A DNA stretch of 45,452 bases from positions 1 to 45,452 of the forward strand of contig JACQTD010000111.1 of assembly GCA_016210985.1 (NCBI GenBank), given 5' to 3'. The first letter of the stretch is position 1. The number at the start of each line of letters is the position of its first letter. Below the pieces are notes generated by a model that was given only the letters and a program-made list of their open reading frames with translations, was not told the DNA's origin and searched no databases. This stretch comes from Acidobacteriota bacterium (GTDB taxonomy: Bacteria; Acidobacteriota; Blastocatellia; HR10; JACQTD01). Positions 7,837 through 16,805 of the stretch are shown piece by piece. A program made the translations under genes and the position numbers.

Positions 7837-10321
7837 CCCCACTCGGGTTTCGGTTGACACTATCTTGAACCGGCTCGAAGGGGTAAAGGAATCTGCCTCT
7901 GGTTGGCGGGCGCTGTGTCCCGCACACGAGGACAGGAATCCAAGCCTGAGCCTGAGAGTGGGAGGAGGTGGTCGGCTCCTCCTGAAATGCCACGCGCAAT
8001 GCTCCTTGGAGAGCGTAGTGGCCGCGCTCGGCCTCACAGTGAATGACCTCTTTCCGCTGAACGGGAACGGGGCACGGCCCGGCCGGAGACAGCGGACGGA
8101 GATCGGCCGGGAGTTCTCGCCGGTGGCTGAAGACGCCAATCTCAAGAATGAGGCGCGTAAGAGGGCGAAGGTGCTCTGGCAAGGTGCCAGCCCCGCCCCG
8201 AACGACCATGCTTATTTGCTCCGGAAAGGCATCAAGGCCCACGGACTACGCCTGAATGATGGGAGGCTCGTGATCCCGCTGCTCGACGGTGAAGAAATTC
8301 AGAGCCTGCAATTCATTGGGCTAGACGGTGAGAAACGATTCCTCACGGGCGGGCGGATAACGGGCTGCTATTTCCCCATCGGCAAACCGGACGGCTCGTT
8401 GTGCATCGCTGAGGGTTATGCCACGGGTGCAAGCATCTATGAGGCTACGGGCTGCGCGGTGGCTGTGGCCTTCACCGCTGGGAATCTGCTGCCGGTGGCA
8501 CAGGCGCTGCGAGTGAAGTTCTCAGACTTGCGTCTAATAGTCTGCGCTGATGATGATGCCAAGAAGCCGGGAAATCTAGGACTAACGAAAGCTCGCGAAG
8601 CGGCGCTGGCAGTGGCCGGACTGTTGGCCATCCCCGACTTCGGCGATAACAGGCCGGAACATGCAACCGACTTCAACGACCTGCACTTGCACGCCGGACT
8701 TGAGGCGGTGCGCGGTTGTATCGAGAGGGCCCCGGCTTTGGAATCCAACGTAAGTCATGACGGTGCCTCATGGCCAGATCCGACACCATTCCAGGCCCCA
8801 GTGAAGCTCCCAACGTTTCCGGTTGAGGCGCTGCCCGAGCCGCTGCGCACTATGGTTATTGACGTGGCGTTAACGCGTCAAGTGCCGGTGGATCTTCCTG
8901 CCATGCTTGCCCTATCCGCAACGGCTTTAGTCGCCAGCGGTTCGTTTGAGATTCGATTGAATGACGCTCATAGTGAACCACTGAACATTTACACACTTAC
9001 GGCCCTTCCTTCTGGCGAGCGAAAGAGTGGAACTTTCAGGGATATGGTCGCGCCCCTTGAGAGAGCTGAAAAGGAGATGATCGAAGAGGCCGAGCCCATA
9101 ATTGCGGAAGCCTCACAGCTCAGGGCCATTGAAGATGCCAGGCTCAAGAATCTACGTGACAAGGCGGCAAAGACAAGCGACTCTGCGGTGAGACTTCAGG
9201 CGACCGAAGATGCGGTCAAGCTGGCGCAGAGCTTGACACCAGTTTCAGCTTTGCCGCGGCTTTTAACCGACGACGTGACACCGGAACGGCTAGCCGGGCT
9301 ACTTTTCGAGCAGAACGGGCGGATGGGACTCTTCAGCGCAGAAGGCGGAATTTTTGAAATCATCAACGGCCGGTATAGCAAGAACGGTAAGCCGAATGTG
9401 GAAGTTCTTATCAAAGGCCACGCGGGGGACACGCTTATCGTCGATCGAATGGGGCGGGCCGAGCACGTTGAACGTCCAGCACTGACGATCGGACTTAGCC
9501 CCCAACCGTGGGTTGTCGAAGACCTGGGGAATAACAAGACGTTTCGGGGAAGAGGGCTCCTGAACCGATTTCTCTATTCCTTCCCGGAAAGCCTTGTGGG
9601 CACTCGCGAGTACAAAGACATCGCCGTTAACAGGACCGCACGTGACGCGTACGGGCAAGCGATTCGGGAATTAATGACACTCACCCTGGCCGTGAGACTG
9701 GAGGATCGGCCCGCGACTTTGTGCCTGTCAACGGATGCTTCGCTGCTTTGGCGAGTGTACGCGGGTGAAATCGAGCGCGCGCAAGCGCCGGGCAAGCCGC
9801 TTTCAGGCATCTCAGGCTGGGCGTCCAAACTCGCGGGAGCGGTTGCGAGGATTGCCGGTGGTTTTCATTTGATCGAACATCGGCATGGTGATCCCGCGAG
9901 AGTGGTGATCACAACCGAAGTCATTCTGAATGCGTGGGCGGTTGGTGACTATCTCAAACAGCACGCACTCGCGGCCTTTTCGATGATGGGGGCAACACCT
10001 GACGTAGCCCTAGCCATGGCGGTTCTCAGGTGGATTCAACGCCGATCGCTAAAGGAATTCAGTCTTCGAGACTCCCATCGAGCACATCAAGGTGTTAACC
10101 GGGTTGACGAACTGCGGATAGCGCTCGAAGTCCTGGAGGAGAGACACTACCTCAGAGCGAAGCCCTTGCCCTCCCGAGAGGGCGCTGGACAACCACCTAG
10201 CCCTATGTGGGAAGTCAACCCGCGATTCCTTTCCAGGAATTCTAGGAGCACAACGGAACGAGGCGATTCTGTCATTTCTGTCAATTCTGTCTATAGGGTA
10301 GGAAATGAAATCTCCGCTTGA
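7826..10321 (+). CDS. Replication protein: primase zinc-ribbon + TOPRIM + DUF3987-like C-terminal domain
   Basis: The zinc motif is WRALCPAHEDRNPSLSL...LLLKCHAQC. The TOPRIM block is LCIAEGYATGASIYEATGCAVAVAF...LIVCADDD. The long C-terminal region resembles DUF3987/YfjI-type proteins. The start at 7826 (MQHSPTRV) overlaps the xis stop. Confidence 0.8.
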   Translation: MQHSPTRVSVDTILNRLEGVKESASGWRALCPAHEDRNPSLSLRVGGGGRLLLKCHAQCSLESVVAALGLTVNDLFPLNGNGARPGRRQRTEIGREFSPVAEDANLKNEARKRAKVLWQGASPAPNDHAYLLRKGIKAHGLRLNDGRLVIPLLDGEEIQSLQFIGLDGEKRFLTGGRITGCYFPIGKPDGSLCIAEGYATGASIYEATGCAVAVAFTAGNLLPVAQALRVKFSDLRLIVCADDDAKKPGNLGLTKAREAALAVAGLLAIPDFGDNRPEHATDFNDLHLHAGLEAVRGCIERAPALESNVSHDGASWPDPTPFQAPVKLPTFPVEALPEPLRTMVIDVALTRQVPVDLPAMLALSATALVASGSFEIRLNDAHSEPLNIYTLTALPSGERKSGTFRDMVAPLERAEKEMIEEAEPIIAEASQLRAIEDARLKNLRDKAAKTSDSAVRLQATEDAVKLAQSLTPVSALPRLLTDDVTPERLAGLLFEQNGRMGLFSAEGGIFEIINGRYSKNGKPNVEVLIKGHAGDTLIVDRMGRAEHVERPALTIGLSPQPWVVEDLGNNKTFRGRGLLNRFLYSFPESLVGTREYKDIAVNRTARDAYGQAIRELMTLTLAVRLEDRPATLCLSTDASLLWRVYAGEIERAQAPGKPLSGISGWASKLAGAVARIAGGFHLIEHRHGDPARVVITTEVILNAWAVGDYLKQHALAAFSMMGATPDVALAMAVLRWIQRRSLKEFSLRDSHRAHQGVNRVDELRIALEVLEERHYLRAKPLPSREGAGQPPSPMWEVNPRFLSRNSRSTTERGDSVISVNSVYRVGNEISA

Positions 10322-10583
10322 ACTGCTCCGGGAACTGAGAGACGGAAGACTCTCCAAGGCTGACCTTCTCCAATTGATCCGAGACCATGACCCAAGGCCA
10401 GAGACACGCGACGAAGTCTTACCCTACAGACAGAAATGCCAGAATGGACAGAATTCTCAAGAAGAGGGTCGCCGGGACTGGAGGCTCAACCCGGCACGGA
10501 CCTCGTATTGGCAAACTAGTGAGAATTGCCCGTCTTGCCGGGCGTGCGGGTGCGTGCCGTGTACTGAGCATTGGGTGATGTGA
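10305..10583 (+). CDS. Small hypothetical protein with Cys-rich C-terminus
   Basis: The ORF overlaps the primase stop by 17 nt. The C-terminus CPSCRACGCVPCTEHW is Cys-rich. No homology is recognised. It may be a spurious GC-rich ORF. Confidence 0.3.
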   Translation: MKSPLELLRELRDGRLSKADLLQLIRDHDPRPETRDEVLPYRQKCQNGQNSQEEGRRDWRLNPARTSYWQTSENCPSCRACGCVPCTEHWVM

Positions 10584-11025
10584 GGATCGCAGAGGGTGAT
10601 GGTCAACTGGCGAGGGGTGCCTTACCCTCGGGCACTAATTCCCTGGAGACTGGAGAGGGCGTTGCAAAAAGCGCAAAACACACGCGCGATGTCGGTTTGA
10701 TGCCTGCCAGCTAAGGCAAGACTTTAAGAAAGATCTTATATTCTACTATGGCATAAGACGTTACAAATCCAGTAAACCCCAAAAGGGAGGACTAATTGTG
10801 GCAGGTACTGACAGAAAAAACACCGAATTCTGGAAGTTACGCCCACCCAAGAGGCTGAATATGAATGCATGGTCGGATCAATGATCGGGCGCCAAAACAA
10901 AGTTTTTCTCAGAAAAATTCCGTCCTCGGCCCTCTCCCCACCCCCACCCCGACCGGTGGCGGCATTCCGACCAAGTGAAGTGTTCTCACTAGAGTCGCTT
11001 TGAGGAAAACCAGTAAACTTCTTAC

Positions 11026-11054
11026 TTGAGATTGTACATGTTTTCGTGTACATT
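11026..11054 (+). promoter_or_regulatory. Candidate promoter (TTGAGA-N17-TACATT) with two TGTACAT operator-like repeats
   Basis: TTGAGA lies at 11026-11031 and TACATT at 11049-11054. TGTACAT occurs at 11033-11039 and 11047-11053; its TGTACA core is self-complementary. The site is immediately upstream of the HTH-int bicistron. Confidence 0.3.
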
Positions 11055-11061
11055 AGTCGGT

Positions 11062-11307
11062 GTGGATCTAAAGAAGGCACGTGAACGGTTCGGAGTCAGC
11101 CTCGCGGAATTAGCCTACGGTTCGGGGTTAACCAAGTCTCTGCTTGCGGCTGTCGAGCGTGGTCGGTTCCGCCTTTCGCCGGACAAGGAAACTAAGATCA
11201 GGATTGCCCTGGAGCTGATCCGCGAGCATAAACGAGCTTGGAGGGAGATTCCTAAGCGGCTCGCCCGTGAGTTACGTGAGAAGCATAAGGCTGGAGGATT
11301 CAGATGA
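11062..11307 (+). CDS. XRE/Cro-like helix-turn-helix regulator, translationally coupled to the integrase
   Basis: DLKKARERFGVSLAELAYGSGLTKSLLAAVERG is an XRE-type HTH. The start is uncertain (GTG 11062, ATG 11038 or TTG 11026). Its stop overlaps the integrase ATG (ATGA at 11304-11307). Confidence 0.6.
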   Translation: MDLKKARERFGVSLAELAYGSGLTKSLLAAVERGRFRLSPDKETKIRIALELIREHKRAWREIPKRLARELREKHKAGGFR

Positions 11308-12422
11308 TTTACAAGCGGAGTGGTGTCTGGTGGACGCGGTTTCAGATTAACGGGGTACGGTATCACCTCTCGATCCGTGAGGCAGTGAATCGGCGAAAGG
11401 CGCAGAAGGCGGAGGATCGGCTAAAGGGCGAGCTGTTGGCAGGCCGATTTGAGATTCTCGATCAGCGCTCTGATCTCACCTTCAAGGTGCTCGCGAGTCG
11501 GTTCATGCAGTGGTCGAAAGACAACCGCCGGAGCTGGCGGAGCGATCAGTCGAGGATTAAGCCGCTGGAGGAATTCTTCAGCGAGCGGGGGCTCCGGGAG
11601 ATTTCCCCCATTTTGATCGAGAAGTTCAAGAACGAGCGGCGCCAGTCCATGAGACGGGGAAAAAAGCCGCGCTGTGCCTCGACGGTAAACAGGGAACTGG
11701 CCTTGCTGCGGCGCATCTTCAACCTCGCCATTCAAAACAAATGGCTGAGGGTAAACCCGGTTTCAGCCGTGAAGTTTCTTCCCGAAAGCCGGGGCCGCGA
11801 GCGCTACTTGACGGTCGAGGAAGAGCGGCGGCTTCTGGCCGTATGCAACCTGCCGGACCTCGCCTACCTCAAGCCGGTGGTCATCTTGGCGCTCAATACG
11901 GGTATGAGAAAGGGCGAACTGCTGAACCTAACTTGGGACCGTGTGAACCTGGAAGCCGGCGAGATTCTCGTCACTCAAACCAAGTCGGGCCAGGATCGGA
12001 CGATTCCCATAAGCCCGCTTGTGGCCGGCGAACTCGCGAAGCTCCGGGACACGGCTGACTCGGAGTTTATCTTCGCCAACCCGCTCACGGGAGATCGGTA
12101 CTCGGACCTCAAGAGCGTCTTCCCTCGCGCATGCAGGAAGGCGGGCATCTCCGGCGTGGTGTTCCACACGCTGCGGCATACGGCCGCGAGCCGGATGGTC
12201 GCGTCGGGGATGGACCTCCGTACCGTTCAGGAAATTCTCGGACATACCGAGATCGCCACGACCCAGCGCTATCTACACGCCATGCCCGAGCGCAAGACGG
12301 CGGCCGTTCAGGCACTCGCCCGGTACACCGAAGAAGCAATGATCCTGGAGCCTGAAAGCACCGATTTTGACAAGCAAGTGGCCCAAGAGTGGCCCAAACT
12401 CAAAGTGGTGGCCCAAGCGTGA
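11304..12422 (+). CDS. int: Tyrosine recombinase / phage-type integrase
   Basis: GGAGG lies upstream. The C-terminal catalytic region reads VVFHTLRHTAASRMVASGMDLRTVQEILGHTEIATTQRYLH (R...HxxR...Y). The gene ends 24 nt from the 3' end of tRNA-Arg. Confidence 0.9.
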   Translation: MIYKRSGVWWTRFQINGVRYHLSIREAVNRRKAQKAEDRLKGELLAGRFEILDQRSDLTFKVLASRFMQWSKDNRRSWRSDQSRIKPLEEFFSERGLREISPILIEKFKNERRQSMRRGKKPRCASTVNRELALLRRIFNLAIQNKWLRVNPVSAVKFLPESRGRERYLTVEEERRLLAVCNLPDLAYLKPVVILALNTGMRKGELLNLTWDRVNLEAGEILVTQTKSGQDRTIPISPLVAGELAKLRDTADSEFIFANPLTGDRYSDLKSVFPRACRKAGISGVVFHTLRHTAASRMVASGMDLRTVQEILGHTEIATTQRYLHAMPERKTAAVQALARYTEEAMILEPESTDFDKQVAQEWPKLKVVAQA

Positions 12423-12443
12423 AGGCGCTAAGTGATTGAGGGA

Positions 12444-12522
<79 letters not shown>

Positions 12523-12921
12523 GCCCTTTGTTGTGCACGCGGTAGCTTGCCTGATTCATGCCTCTCCACGCAAGCCGGAATCCACCCGTCTGCTCTTGGA
12601 CCCGGCCGAATCAGCGGTTCAACCCGCGCGATCGAAGAACTGCCCGGCCGCTCTCGATGGCCCCCCGTGGCCATATTTGCCGATGCCGATGCGATGGGAT
12701 ATATTTAGAAGAGTACTCGGCATGACTTGGCACTTGGATAACCAAACGCAGATACCGTCCTCTTAGCTCAGCTACGATTCGCACAGCCCGGCAGAACCGG
12801 TTGGAGTAGCCGGCTCACGAACAGCCACTTCCCGCGCCTCTCGTCACGAGAGGGATCGCGGCTCACGCCTGACCCGGCCCACGTAGCCACGGATGTCCGG
12901 CGGCAAATGGTGGAGGATGTT

Positions 12922-14976
12922 ATGCGATTGTTTTACCGAGGCAGTAGTGCAAATGGATTCCGGGCAGCGCTCCTAACGGCGCTTTGGTCACTGGTTGGAT
13001 TGACCGGATCCGTCCTTCCCGACGCTGCGTCCCGTGAGAGAAACCGCGCATGGGAGCCACCAAGGTCGTCCGCGGATTGTCCGGGTGAGGCAGCGAGGTC
13101 GTCCCGGCGAGAACCATCCCCAACACAAACCGCGAATTGCATTCCACCCCCCGCCGGGATGGTTGCCTGGTGGGCGATGGATGAAACCTCCGGATCGAGC
13201 GTGCTCGACATCGCCGGGGGACACCATGGCACAGCGCTGCCTGGCGCCATCGGCCCGTTTGGCGGTCCCGGACCGGTAACGTCGAGCTTGTGGCCTCCTC
13301 CGGTATTCCCTCCGGGCTTTGTGAAGACTTCGCTCTTCTTTTACGGCAACCGTCGCGTGGAGGTCCCGCATCATTCCGCGCTCGACCCCGGTTTGGGAGA
13401 GCTCACGATGGATGCCTGGGTGATCTACGCCTCCGCGGGAAGCGGTCAGCAGCTTACCGTAGTGGGGAAGTCGACTCCCGCCGGCGGATACGAGCTGTTC
13501 ATCCAGGATTTCTCGGTATCGATGGGATTTCTGGTCTTCCGAGTTATCAATGTCGGATCGTTTGCCGCTCCTATTTCTCCCGGCCAGTGGCATCATGTCG
13601 CCGCGACCATCACCCGACCGACTCCAAACAGTACCCAAAACCTGCTTTACATCGATGGTACGCTGGCCAATAGCTTCGGCCCCCTTGCCACAGGCCTCGT
13701 GGGCTCCGGTGCCAGCCTTCTGATCGGAGGCGACGGCGTAAATGCCGGTGAGATTGCCGTGGACGAAGTGGAACTATTCAACCGCGCGTTGACGCAACAG
13801 GAAGTCCAAGACTTGCACTCCGCCGGCCAGGCAGGCAAGTGCAAGCGGTCGCCGTGCGTGACCCCGCCTGCGGGAATGGTCGCCTGGTATCCGCTCGACG
13901 AGCCGCCCGGCGCCTCCTCCGTATCGGACATCGCCGGTTTCAACAACTCCGGCGCCCCCCGCGACGCCAACGGCGGGCCCACGCTCATTTCTACATTCCC
14001 GGGACCTCCCCCAGCCGGTCCCGTCCCGGTTACTTCACCTCCCCTGTCGCTGCCATCCGGACAGGTCAACGGCGCACTCTATTTTTATGGTCCCTCCGTC
14101 GAAGTGCCAAATCACCCCGATCTAAATTTCGGGAACAGCGATTTTTCGATCGACGCCTGGATTCGTCCGGTCCAGGTTGGACCGGGATTCGTCCAGCCGA
14201 TCGTAGACAAGCTGGAGCTGGCGTTCAACGGCCTGAGCGGGTATGCGTTTTATGTAGAGAATCAGCAGTTGAGATTTGCCGTCCGTACAAATCTGATCCT
14301 GTCGACCTTCAGCAGCCCGGCCAATTCGATCACGTTCAGTGTATGGACCCACGTGGCGGTTACCGTGAAGGCGGGGTTGTCGCCGGCGGTGGTCCTTTAT
14401 GTCAATGGGATTCCCGTGACGACATCGCCGGCCATTCCGCCGCTGACCGTCTTCAGCGCAGGTAGCAATACGGCGCTCTGGATCGGCGAAAGCCGGTTGC
14501 CCGGCGGACGGGGCGAGATCGCAGTCGATGAGCTCGAGATTTTCAATCGTGAACTCACCGCGATGGAGGTTCAGTCCATCTTCAATGCGGGTGGCGCCGG
14601 AAAGTGCAAATCTCAACCCGTCGCATTGCCTGACCTGGTGGTGAAAGAGGTTGGGGTTACGGGCCCGCTAGGGGACGGTAACTTCCTTGTTAGCTTTCGG
14701 GTCGAAAATCAAGGCCTGGCTCCGGTAGAAGGCCGGGTAAATCACGAGCTCCGGCTGATCAGCGCAGGCGGCGATCAGGATGGGATACTTCTGGACACCG
14801 TCACGACGAATACACTCGCGCCGAGCGCGTCTCAACGCTTTGTTGTCCCGTTCCGGATCATGGGGGCCGGCACGTCCGTGCGGCGGATCGTCCGCGTCAT
14901 CGCCGACAGCGACAGCCGGGTTAAGGAATCGAACGAGCTGAACAACGTGGGGGAATCAGCGCCATTTGAGTTTTGA
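12922..14976 (+). CDS. Secreted protein with two LamG-like (Laminin_G_3) modules and a C-terminal CARDB-like domain
   Basis: The ATG at 12922 has GGAGG upstream, followed by a signal-like N-terminus. A duplicated module runs PPAGMVAW..DE ... EIAVDE(V/L)E(L/I)FNR.LT..EVQ...AG.AGKCK. The C-terminus (PDLVVKEVGVTG...ESNELNNVGES) is CARDB-like. Confidence 0.8.
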   Translation: MRLFYRGSSANGFRAALLTALWSLVGLTGSVLPDAASRERNRAWEPPRSSADCPGEAARSSRREPSPTQTANCIPPPAGMVAWWAMDETSGSSVLDIAGGHHGTALPGAIGPFGGPGPVTSSLWPPPVFPPGFVKTSLFFYGNRRVEVPHHSALDPGLGELTMDAWVIYASAGSGQQLTVVGKSTPAGGYELFIQDFSVSMGFLVFRVINVGSFAAPISPGQWHHVAATITRPTPNSTQNLLYIDGTLANSFGPLATGLVGSGASLLIGGDGVNAGEIAVDEVELFNRALTQQEVQDLHSAGQAGKCKRSPCVTPPAGMVAWYPLDEPPGASSVSDIAGFNNSGAPRDANGGPTLISTFPGPPPAGPVPVTSPPLSLPSGQVNGALYFYGPSVEVPNHPDLNFGNSDFSIDAWIRPVQVGPGFVQPIVDKLELAFNGLSGYAFYVENQQLRFAVRTNLILSTFSSPANSITFSVWTHVAVTVKAGLSPAVVLYVNGIPVTTSPAIPPLTVFSAGSNTALWIGESRLPGGRGEIAVDELEIFNRELTAMEVQSIFNAGGAGKCKSQPVALPDLVVKEVGVTGPLGDGNFLVSFRVENQGLAPVEGRVNHELRLISAGGDQDGILLDTVTTNTLAPSASQRFVVPFRIMGAGTSVRRIVRVIADSDSRVKESNELNNVGESAPFEF

Positions 14977-15066
14977 GTTCCCGGACACGCACGCGTGCTG
15001 CATAGTCGATTCCTGGATTCCTGGAGACTGTAGCGGACTACGCTCGATACGTGGCACGGAGATGAA

Positions 15067-15139
15067 TGCGCCCGAGAGGATTCGAACCTCCAACCTACGG
15101 ATCCGAAGTCCGTTGCTCTGTCCGTTGAGCTACGGGCGC
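15067..15139 (-). tRNA. tRNA-Arg (anticodon UCG), CCA not encoded
   Basis: The complement reads GCGCCCG TA GCTC AACGGACA GAGC A ACGGA CTTCGGA TCCGT AGGTT GGAGG TTCGAAT CCTCT CGGGCGC A. It is 73 nt and forms a clean cloverleaf. Confidence 0.9.
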
Positions 15140-15224
15140 GCACGCTTGATTATCAGACATTTGCGAGGATAGCCGTTTCTGGCCGGAATTGTCCAGTAGC
15201 ATAGGTGTAGCAAGACTTGGCGCC

Positions 15225-15345
15225 GGAGCGCCCAAATCGACCAAGCAGTCCACGGTCCGGCAGTTGTTCTCCGGTGTAGGGTGAGAGTAGCGCAGCGTCA
15301 TACAAATGTCCTTATGACCCTGCATCTCCTGCACCGTGTTCGGCA
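15225..15345 (-). pseudogene. Remnant of the extreme C-terminus of a tyrosine integrase
   Basis: NTVQEMQGHKDICMTLRYSHPTPE matches the terminal LGH...T..Y.H motif of phage integrases (compare VQEILGHTEIATTQRYLH at 12230-12280). Nothing of the N-terminal roughly 300 aa is present. Confidence 0.55.
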
Positions 15346-15575
15346 TTGGCAATAATGCACTCATCGCATGATTTGATCCGCCAAATCATTCCGACTCTCT
15401 CAGGTGGATCGTCGTGCCTTACCTCGTCCTCACTCATGGCCAACCATCCTCCGCAAGAACGGCACTTGACGATTTCTCGCCCTTCTTCGCCCATACCCGA
15501 TGCGGCATCTCTCAGGGCCTGCTCCAGCCGTGCCTGGGATTGATACTGGACCGCATTGAAGAAGATTCGGATCAC
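15312..15575 (-). CDS. Hypothetical small zinc-ribbon protein (CxxC...CxxC)
   Basis: A GTG start has GAGGGA about 8 nt upstream. The motif is KCRSCGG...SCDEC. The 3' end runs into the integrase remnant in another frame. This is a weak call. Confidence 0.3.
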   Translation of the reverse strand: MIRIFFNAVQYQSQARLEQALRDAASGMGEEGREIVKCRSCGGWLAMSEDEVRHDDPPERVGMIWRIKSCDECIIANAEHGAGDAGS

Positions 15576-15932
15576 TCTTTTTCCCTCGGTGAAAAGAGAG
15601 ATGTTCGCAGAATTTTCGTGATTCCTAAAGAGGCGGTTTCACCGGTGAAAATACGGCCTTGCCTGTTGGAAGCGCATAGGGGTCTCCTTCCGGGCCAATG
15701 AGGAGCAGAAACAAAATCAACCCTTGATAATAAGGCGGTTGCAGGACTTGTGAGGAAATTCGCACTGTGGCACCGCGATTGCCTGACGGTTTGCACCTGA
15801 CGTCCGAGGGAGCTCACAAGCGGGCGTCACGTGAGTCAATTCTTGGCTTCTCTGGAATCGCCGGGAACTTGGAGGATCGGATCAGCCGAATACGGCATAA
15901 GACTCGCCTAGTGCGTCCGCAGCGAAAGAGCG

Positions 15933-15944
15933 GGCGGTAGGTGT
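15933..15944 (+). promoter_or_regulatory. ops-like motif GGCGGTAGGTGT in the leader of the polysaccharide operon (speculative)
   Basis: The 8-nt core GGCGGTAG equals the enterobacterial RfaH ops core. It lies on the non-template strand about 135 nt upstream of the first gene. A hairpin (GTCAGAA 15954-15960 / TTCTGAC 15974-15980) and a T-rich run follow. The same 8-mer also occurs at 880-887. Confidence 0.2.
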
Positions 15945-16077
15945 ATTAATCCGGTCAGAACTCGCTCCATTAATTCTGACGCTTTCCTGTTGGGGCGCGG
16001 ACCGAACATGCGCGCTGGCCTGGGCTCGGCAAAGGCGATGCCAGTGAGAATTGAGCGAAGAAGGAGGAAATGTAGCC

Positions 16078-16800
16078 GTGCATAACACCGATTCAGCTTA
16101 CTACTCAGGGAGGGTAGCCCGGCCGTTGACGGTCAGCAGCCCTCGGTTCGAGTTGCTGCCCGAGATCCCACACGGTGCTGTGTCGCGGGACTCCGTCGTT
16201 GCCGCGAAATGGAGACTGAAGCGGGCTATTGACATCGCCGGCGCGAGCATGCTGCTGGTCCTTCTTTCACCAGTTTTCCTCGTTGCCGCGATGCTCGTCA
16301 AACTTACATCGCGGGGCCCAGCCCTGTTCAAGCAAGAGCGGCTTGGGCTGAATCGGCGCCCCTTCGTGATGTTGAAATTCCGAACCATGGTAGTTGGCGC
16401 CGAGCAAGAAGAGGTCGCCTTTCGTGAGTCGAACCGCGGCACCTTCTTCAAAGTGAGGAACGATCCGCGTGTGACAAGAGTCGGAAGTTTCTTGAGAAGA
16501 TCCAGCCTCGATGAGCTTCCCCAATTCGTCAATATCCTAAGGGGAGAAATGAGTTTGGTCGGTCCCCGACCCCTTGCTGAACTGGAGCTCCTCCACTTCA
16601 GACCATGGATTGATCTCCGTCGGTTCAGTATGAAGCCAGGCCTGACGTGCATCTGGCAAGTCAATGGTCGAAGCCATACCTCGGATGAAGATCGAATGCG
16701 GTACGACCTTCAGTACATCGATCAATGGTCGCTGGGGTTGGATATCAAACTGATGTGGAAGACCATTCCCGCCGTCCTCAAAGGGGACGGAGCCGTGTGA
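16078..16800 (+). CDS. Polyprenyl-phosphate sugar phosphotransferase (bacterial sugar transferase family, initiating enzyme)
   Basis: Motifs are KRAIDIAGASMLLVLLSPVFL...LFKQERLGLNRRPFVMLKFRTM...DPRVTRVGSFLRRSSLDELPQFVNILRGEMSLVGPRP. The GTG at 16078 has GGAGG 8 nt upstream. Confidence 0.85.
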   Translation: MHNTDSAYYSGRVARPLTVSSPRFELLPEIPHGAVSRDSVVAAKWRLKRAIDIAGASMLLVLLSPVFLVAAMLVKLTSRGPALFKQERLGLNRRPFVMLKFRTMVVGAEQEEVAFRESNRGTFFKVRNDPRVTRVGSFLRRSSLDELPQFVNILRGEMSLVGPRPLAELELLHFRPWIDLRRFSMKPGLTCIWQVNGRSHTSDEDRMRYDLQYIDQWSLGLDIKLMWKTIPAVLKGDGAV

Positions 16801-16805
16801 GGAGG

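Noticed and set aside
10573-10601. GGGTGATG repeated 21 bp apart just after the primase operon, considered as a possible iteron or origin.
   Set aside because: There are only two 8-bp copies and the first overlaps a stop codon. That is too little to call an origin.
10798-10884. A 28-codon ORF (VAGTDRKNTEFWKLRPPKRLNMNAWSDQ) with a strong GGGAGG SD 7 nt upstream of the GTG.
   Set aside because: The SD is attractive, but a 28-aa ORF with no recognisable features cannot be supported from sequence alone. It is kept only as something Ribo-seq could test.
10736-11080. A 114-aa ORF on the minus strand in the element's non-coding region.
   Set aside because: The translation is low-complexity (GRGGGGERAEDG) and is produced by the C-run tract. 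It overlaps the candidate HTH-int promoter and has no RBS, so it is more likely regulatory DNA.
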